Assembly (NCBI GenBank): GCA_965153285.1
Contig: OZ229117.1
Source: Podarcis tiliguerta
Taxonomy: Eukaryota
DNA length: 64,000 nucleotides
Strand: one strand, 5' to 3'
The notes beneath the pieces are model-generated. The model saw only the letters and a program-made list of their open reading frames with translations, searched no databases and had not been told where the DNA came from. Made by a program: the position numbers and the translations under genes. Shown here one piece after another: positions 47,152-64,000 of this stretch (position 1 is the first letter of the stretch; the number at the start of each line of letters is the position of its first letter).

Positions 47152-50100
47152 GCAAGTGTTGAGGGGTTGAGATCTTTTCCCTCTCTCACCCTCCACTTAA
47201 CCCAGAAGATGGATTCATAAGCTAGTGTTGGAAAATATCTTTTTCTGCATATTCTCTTATTAATCCCAATGGTGGGTCACCTTGATACCTTGTTAATTCC
47301 CCAGTGTCAAGAAGGAGCATTCATATCAAAAGGGTTGCTCCTAATGGCACCTGATGTATTCTCCAGCTCTTGACAGAAAGATCGTGAGAGAGAAACACTG
47401 GTTTTGCCTTTGGCCATGGTTGACTGCTACTGCAAGATCCTTTTCAAAACTCTCTTTAAAATAGAGGAGGAGGGGATGTGGGATTGGAGGAGGCATAGCT
47501 GGGTAGAGCTGCTATTTGAAAGCACTCCAGTACTCCCTGCTACATTAGTGAAAGCTTCTAGGGCAGGGTTTTTATGGATAAGGAGCTCTCTGACATTCCT
47601 GATCAGTTGGAATAAGACTTTGGGGCACAATTTACTGCAAGCTAAGCTAAACAAGGGCTAGTGGGGAACATGCTGGATACTCAGAAATTTTCCAACTCTG
47701 GTCTACAGTATGTTGAGTTCTTACATGTGTGTAAAATGACTTAAACATCAACTGAAAGCTCACACATTTGCATACTTTATTTTAAAGCTTTCATACAAGC
47801 TTGGCATCTTGGTCACTTACTGGAATATTACATTAACACAACAACAACTTTGCACAAGTAAGAGTAACCTCTTTTGAGTCTTCTGATGGCAGTGTCAAAA
47901 TGACGGGTACTCACCAGCTTTGTGTGAGTAAGAATCATAAATGTTCATACAATTATCACTGAAAACCAGGGACAGTTCATATGTACAGCTGTGGAATAAC
48001 AAGATATATGACACAGATCTAAATTGACTGAAATTCTGAATATATCTGCAGCATGTGACTACGAAAAAATATGTATAAATTCTTAATTAGTTGAGAATCT
48101 TGTAAGCTTCAGTGGGCATGTCTGCTATTAGTTAGGCACTGTTTTTCCTGGTGAACTAAATTTACTGCCCTTTAAAAGATTATTGTACACTTCAAAAGCT
48201 AAGAGAACAGATGTTCTAGGTACTCAATTCTTAGGTTTGAGTAACTGACTCCCAGGTTTTTCTGGAACTGTCTCTGGAGTGAAATGAGCTACTCATAAGC
48301 ATTTCTAAAATAGCCTTGGCAGAATTCTTAAAATCAGCATTTAACCTAGCAAAGGTCAAAAAATGCCTTATTCACCTTTGCGATGCTTAACTTGTAAGCC
48401 TTCCTGGATCCAACTAATTGTCTATCTAGTCCAGCATCTTATTTATAAAAGTTTTCAACTAAAATTGAAGCCTGAAAACAGGATTAAAGGCAACAGCTCT
48501 CCCCTGTAGCAATTGGTGTTTAGAGATATACTGCCCCTGAATAAGATGATTTGACTTAGCTTTCATGATAGGGGTTTCCATGAATTTGGCTAACTTTACT
48601 TAAAACCACCTAGGTGGCTATTGTACAATAGTGAATCATTGTCTTCAAGTTGAATCTTTTAAAAAGGTAAAATAACTTTTTGGAGAAGTATCTTCCATTG
48701 ATGCGGAATATTTCCCTTTTTAATACTAGCTACTTGGAAATAAATGTTAGAAATTTAGCTCAAGACAGAGGGTGCTGCTTTTAGTAAAAAACAGTATGAA
48801 CATTTTTGGAGTAACTATAACCTGAGTTTTATTTGTGTGTGTGTGTTTTTGTTGTTGTTGTTTTTTGTATTTAGGGAACGGCTTTTGTAATAATCAATAT
48901 GCTCTATCTAACATTCCCTTTGTTATAGTTGTTAGTAAAGTCTCGTTACTGTCTGCCTCTTTGTTTGGTTGTTTATAATAATCTACATGTAGTGGAGCAA
49001 AAACATGTTTGTTGTGAACCTTTGGGTTAACCACTTAATGTCATGCATGATAGCATAATTTTAAAACAGCAGGGTAACATACAAAACTTTCCCTTGAACA
49101 TGGCTGTTCAGGCATAGAAAGTACAGTAAGCAAATAGCATTTTCTTTCTTTACTATGTTAAGGAAAATACAGGCTGAGGCAGATTTGGATGCCAGTTATG
49201 TTGTAGTCAACAGATAGGAGTGATTGCAATTGCATTTTTGATTTAATTGCTTCCTCTAAAAGGTGGTACTGTCTTAGCTTTCTGGACCATTGTGTAGCAT
49301 CAGGAACTTGAGTGTATTCTGTGGATCCAGAGCCTTGTTTGAACTCCCCCCACTGTGATGCAACTGTCCCATTGTGGGGGTTTTTTTAATTGAAGCTGTC
49401 AAGTTCCTTAAATAAATGTTAAGATTGGTGTTTGTGGTTTTTTAACATCTGTATACTAGTAAGAACAATAGCTCTGAAGAAAAATGCTACACTTCTCAAA
49501 ATATCATGCCCTATATTTTTGCAGGCATATTTTAGTAGAGCCAATCCCTCATAATTCAGGCATCTGAATGCAGCCCTGATTCAGGAAGCTTTTAATGTGT
49601 TCCTTTATTTTGTTGGAAGCCGCCCCAAGTGGCAGGTGGGCTACTTGAAATATTAATATTATTTCAAGATAGCGCTTCTTGTCACCTGTTATTTTATAAT
49701 TTATAATAATGTTTTTCATAAAATTTATATACCACTATTGCTTTAAAAACCAACCAACCAACCTGAAAGCAGTATATAAGTGCTTTAAAAACAGCAATCT
49801 TGGGAGGGGGGGGAGAATATGCAGACTTTTAAAAATAGGAAGTGCCAATTTAGTTATTCAAATAGTTTTATATCAATTAATCTAACCTATTAATTGGTTC
49901 AGTTTTCCAACCCAACTTCTCATGTTGTAAAAGACAGCTAAACTTTACAGGTTATTCTTAGCAACTTGCTGTGACTCCACTGTAAATATTAATCGGAGAT
50001 CCAGAGCAGAACTTGAGTAGGTGTGTTCTGCAATGGCCAAGGCTGGAAACATGGGCTTCTGCTGCAGGTGCGCAGGGTGAGCCAATCTAAATGAACTCTA

Positions 50101-53100
50101 AAATTCACAGAGGCAAATTAAAAACTGACAGCATGCACTGCAGGCATACAGACTTTTCACATCTGCCATGGTTTTAAAAACAGAAAAATGTTTCAGAATG
50201 TCTCCAAAACAGTTGATGGCATTTTTTTTTAAGTGCTTAAAATTGTGCTAAGTGCTTTGCAAAAATTATTAAGACAGACAAGTCAGAGGGTAAGGAAAGG
50301 AAGAACATTTAGAAAGATGCATAATAATTCACTAATTTTGGATAAAAAGGGTAAAAGCTATTTTATGGTTCATAAATGTAATTACTACACTAAAGTGGCA
50401 ATATGCCTTTATGCAGATTCTAAGTGGGCTGGTTCTCCTATAAGGCCTCACAACTGTAGAAGCTCAAATTGCACATGCTTCCACTTACTGATGCTCAAAT
50501 TAAATGCTGTGGTGCTTGTTGAAGAACGGTATGTTGTGGCCTTTCCATCAGTGCTGCTATTCCTTTTGTTTTAGGGGGGGGGGTGCGCGCGCGCACAACA
50601 GCCCTGATGTAGTTGACCAGAAAGTGAGTCATTGGGTTGTCTCAAAACTTAGTCCTATAGAGGTGACCTTTAGAGCATCAAGCTAACCAAATATTCTCTT
50701 TTTTCTGATCTTTTGATTTCTGGATTCCCCCCCCCCCCTTTCCTCCTATGCAGACACAGTAGCTGGCCTGCTAGGAAATGGAATTATTTATTTTGTGGGG
50801 AAGTTTAGGCAAGAGATGTGAGGCTGTCTCAGTGTTGACAAGCAAAGCAACCCACCCACACTGCAAATCATGTGGTCAGCTTCTGGGCAGGGAGACAGGA
50901 GAGCTTATTAAGCGCATGCGTTGAATCTCACTGTTAACTGTCATGCAGGCGGATGTAATACTGAGATACTCAGACAGCTGCTGGCAGAAAACAGGAAACT
51001 AACTTAAAAACAGTGGGATTCATTGCGTGTCAATTTGTTTTGCATTGCTTTGTTAATTTTCCGTTTCTTAGTTATACTGACACTGAAATCATTATTTTCG
51101 CAAAATGTTGGGTGCTGCTGCAGTATCAACAATCACATGAGTCTCTAAAAGTATCTATTATGTTGGAGGAAATGTGAAGTGCATGGACAAGAGCAGTGTT
51201 TTCCAAAGGTTAAGTGTGAAGAAGGTAGAAAACATTCCTTATACCTTGTATACTCATCAGGACTATCCTCATCCTACGTCAGCCTCACTTTTGTTACTTT
51301 CAAAGAGATGGAATAGATCCCAGGGCCTATTGTAATCCTGTGCAGGATAGTGATGCCTTGCATGTGAGCTAAACACCTAAGCAAGTTAACATATGTAAAG
51401 CAAAACAGAAGTTAAGCCATAATCCCTTTTTCTTCAGCACCACCTACCAAATAGTGGTTCAAAATAGCAAATTTTTACTCTGCTTCCAGAAGATACTTAC
51501 TTGCCTTTCAGTGAATGTAGTTTTATCTCGGAGCTAATCAACATAGGATTTTTTTTAGCCTCACCTGCTGTGCAGGCTTGTGGTGAGGATAAAATAGAGA
51601 GGAGAGTCATATATACAAGCTTGAGCTCCATGGAGGGATAGAAATGTAGTAGTAATAGTAAGTGTTTTAGGTGTGGTTTTCTATTCCAAGCTACATTCCA
51701 ATATATTGTGGGGAACTGGAATGGCCTAAAATGAAACAAAGTGTTGCTAGAAGTTGGCTTCCCTGGATCATTTGGTTTGAAAAAAACATGCAACATTTTC
51801 ATCCCAATACATTACTGTACTACCAGTGGGACAATAAAGCACCCCATTAGCAAACCAGTACAATTTGTGGGTGTCCCAGGTACTTTCTGTACACCTTTTG
51901 TATACAGAAAGAAAATACGCTGGTGACACGTTGAACTTGGAGAGCATTGTGTAACAAAAAGTACACAGGTGTAATTTAATCCCTAAAGTCTGCATCTGGA
52001 ATAATTTTAAGTGCTCAACTGGGATTTTTTCATGGTACCACCAGGGTTGTGCTTTTTTAATGGAAGAGGTTGGTTCATTCCTTTAATTTTAATGTTATCA
52101 TTATGCAACAAATTACTAGTGTGGGTAGATGAGTGAATACTGTACGTAGATTTATTTGCAGGATTACTGTAGTCTTATTAAAAATAACTCTAAACGTTTA
52201 CTTCCAAATTCCAGTTCAGATAAAGACTTTTCTTTCGCTCTCTTTTTAAAGAAAGAACATTCAATGTTCTTTGGTACTCCAACCCTCTGGGGTTAGAATA
52301 AGCTAAATATTTTTAAATACTGCTTTTATTTTAACAGATCTCAGGTGGACCTTTCCTCACATGTCATCTGTCTTGTTTGCTTTTGCAGTGGCACTGAACC
52401 ACCCGCATTTGTGTGGGCTCTTCTTTGTTTTGGCCCACATTGTCAGCCTTTTTGCTGTTCTCTTCCTGTGAACTATTGACACTTCCACAGCAGCCATTTA
52501 CTTTGTATTGGCAGTGTCCCAGGCACTCAGTTTTAGGTGTGTATCCACGCAACATTCTGAACATGTTCCAATTTCCCTTCCACTTAGTTGATTTTTCCTG
52601 CTTGGGGAAAAGCAACATAAGCACAGTAAAGAAGGGTATGGTTGCAAAAGCTGGCTGATCCAAAACAAAGTATTCAATATTTGGAGGTTGTGCTTTTCTG
52701 ACATCTTATTTTGGGGTTGCTGCCTCGTCTGTGCCATTTTGGTACATCACATCACACCTAGACCATTTATTTCCAGGTGTAGCCAGAGCAACTTGCCTTT
52801 TTCTTTTCCTTTCACTTTTGACTAATGACTACTGCTGAAAGTAATGGCGGAGGGATTTCATGATGTCCCCAGAGACTCAATCTTTTTGACACTTTTTGGG
52901 AGGGACAAAAAATTCAGAAGCGGCTTTGCATTAGCCCAAAAATACTGTATCTGACTCATGGGATGCAGGAGGAAGAAAGAAGTGTAAAATGCATGTATCC
53001 TTGTAGCCTGATCTTGTCCCCCAAATCCTGAGTTAGAATGAATTACAATTCTTTCTCTTTTTTCACATTACAGACCTATATCAAGCGTGTGTAAAGAGTT

Positions 53101-53194
53101 GTATCCATAATATTTGTGAACAGGGGTCTTTTTTCTGAGCATTTCTTTTTTCAGCAAATGCAATGTGTTATTCATGTCTGATCAGATTTCTTAA

Positions 53195-62444
<9,250 letters not shown>

Positions 62445-63176
62445 TGGAGGAAGAGTTATGCTCTTGACTGAACTGGCCTGGGCTCTTTTGAAGCGGCTCG
62501 ATCCCTTTTATTTTTATTTTCCTTTTTACCTTATTTTTGGCTTTGGGAAATGCATCATTTTTAGACCATTTTACCAAACAACTCGGGAAACAAAACTTCA
62601 AATGATGTTAGAAAGTGATTTGCCTAGAACTTTCTCTGTTTAATGTTAGCCTATAACCGGATCATGGAACGTGGGGATGTTTTTGAGTCCCCAGGGGTCT
62701 CCTGCAGGTCGCTGGATCCAGTTAACTCTGGACTGCATTGTAGTGACAGGCCACGGACAGCCTTTGCACGTAACGTGGAAAACATGGAAGCCCGGACTCG
62801 AGCCCACACTAACTGCTCTGGATCTGCTTTCGCGTTCCTTGAAGCCCTCTGGCCTCATTTTGCTCTATAGAGGTTTTTAAATGTAAATGCAGAACTCAGG
62901 AGGGTTGTAAAACTTTTATTGCATTTTAGTTTTTGCTTTCCCCCCTCACCCACCCACCAACTCCACCCTTCCACTGACTGGCTCTGCGTCAGCAATGTAG
63001 GTTTGGCATGCTCCAGCTGGTGTCTTTCCTCCCAGATGCTTTGCTTTCTGCAGGGCATCTCTGTAATGATCAAGCTTGTAAATAACTTTTTTTTACATTT
63101 TAATCTTTTTTTCCATTTAATTAAGAGGTTTGTGGGGGGAATGCAGTTTAAAGAAGAGAACCCTGTTATTTTAAAC

Positions 63177-63307
63177 CAGTGGTAGCTAACATGGTGCCCT
63201 CTAGATGTTGCTCGATTACGGTTCCCCTCATCTCTGACCATTGTCTCTGGCACTGATGGGAGTTGGAGTCAGACAGCATTTGGAGAACTGCAAGTTCCCC
63301 ACCCCTG
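63177..63307. mobile_element. Palindromic hAT-type MITE inside the CTCF 3'UTR
   Basis: CAGTGGTAGCTAAC...GTTCCCCACCCCTG, flanked by TTTTAAAC/TTTTAAAA (7/8 TSD match); family core TGATGGGAGTTG. Confidence 0.75.
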
Positions 63308-63943
63308 TTTTAAAACTCTTACAAAAATGAATTATGCAGGAATTGGTCCCGGATTAAATATTGGAACCTATCAAATTAGTGGAAGAGTGCTAGCCAAGTG
63401 TAATGATAGAACTCCACACCCCATTTCCGTTTCTAAATATATAGACTTGGTCTTGAAACGTGTCACTTAAACTCCCTTTTGAGTTTCAGGTTTTCACAAC
63501 TCAATTTTCTTTGCTCACTTTTTTGTGTTTATGAATTCTGTGTTGAAAGCCAAGGTGTTAATTTGCATAGGGCTTCCCAGCCCTTGAAACCTAGGGCAAG
63601 AAATCATACTAGGTCATTAATTAAAAGATTTGGGGTTTTTAATTAAAAAGAAGAATAATGTGAAAATACAAAATGATGCCTGTATATGAACCATCACATG
63701 TTAAAACTACGTAAGCTTTTTATAGAGCCTCAGTCTTGCTGATTTCAAAAAGAATTTTCTTCTATGTATCGCTTTTAAGAGAGCTATCAGGTTAGCTATC
63801 TGATTCTAGGTTGATGCATTTTTGTACTTAGCTGTACTGTGTGATATTTTTCATTATTTTAGGAAACCAACATGAGATAAAATGTTATAAAAATACATAA
63901 TGGGGTTTGGACTCTGGGAAGGAGAATATACTGCTGTACAGCT

Positions 63944-63949
63944 AATAAA
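63944..63949 (+). terminator. CTCF polyadenylation signal (3'UTR 62445-~63965)
   Basis: AATAAA preceded by TGTA (CFIm-type) motifs, ~1.5 kb after the stop codon. Confidence 0.8.
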
Positions 63950-64000
63950 TAATAATGATGAACCTGTGTGCATGCTTTCTGCCTCCTTGGAACCTCAAGA

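Noticed and set aside
53041-53096. Strong acceptor-like tract (CAG at 53073) ~200 nt upstream of CTCF coding exon 1
   Set aside because: Only a weak following donor and no homology support; left uncalled.

Overview
Vertebrate genomic DNA, almost certainly a squamate and probably a lacertid lizard (Sauria/Squam1-type SINEs, CR1/L2/L1 remnants, hAT and Tc1/mariner MITEs). The window holds two spliced protein-coding genes in tandem on the + strand, in the same order as human 16q22.1. RIPOR1 (FAM65A) has 21 coding exons at 10106-35815 that splice with consistent phases into 3003 nt (1000 aa). It also has one extra 144-nt in-frame cassette exon candidate at 21553-21696; its promoter was not found and probably lies upstream of the window. 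CTCF has a CpG-island promoter at ~42.1-43.6 kb, a non-coding exon 1, a probable non-coding exon 2, 10 coding exons at 53288-62444 (2184 nt, 727 aa, 11 C2H2 fingers) and a polyA signal at 63944. Most short ORFs in the supplied track are intronic or antisense noise. I found no wholly new gene system. The best leads are the RIPOR2-like cassette exon in RIPOR1, CTCF motifs just upstream of the CTCF promoter, a second copy of the CTCF TSS motif in intron 1, a GC-donor 5'UTR exon open in the CTCF frame, recursive-splice-type exon starts in CTCF, a 5'UTR G-quadruplex, and a hairpin MITE in the CTCF 3'UTR. Comparisons with human sequences are from memory and need alignment to confirm.
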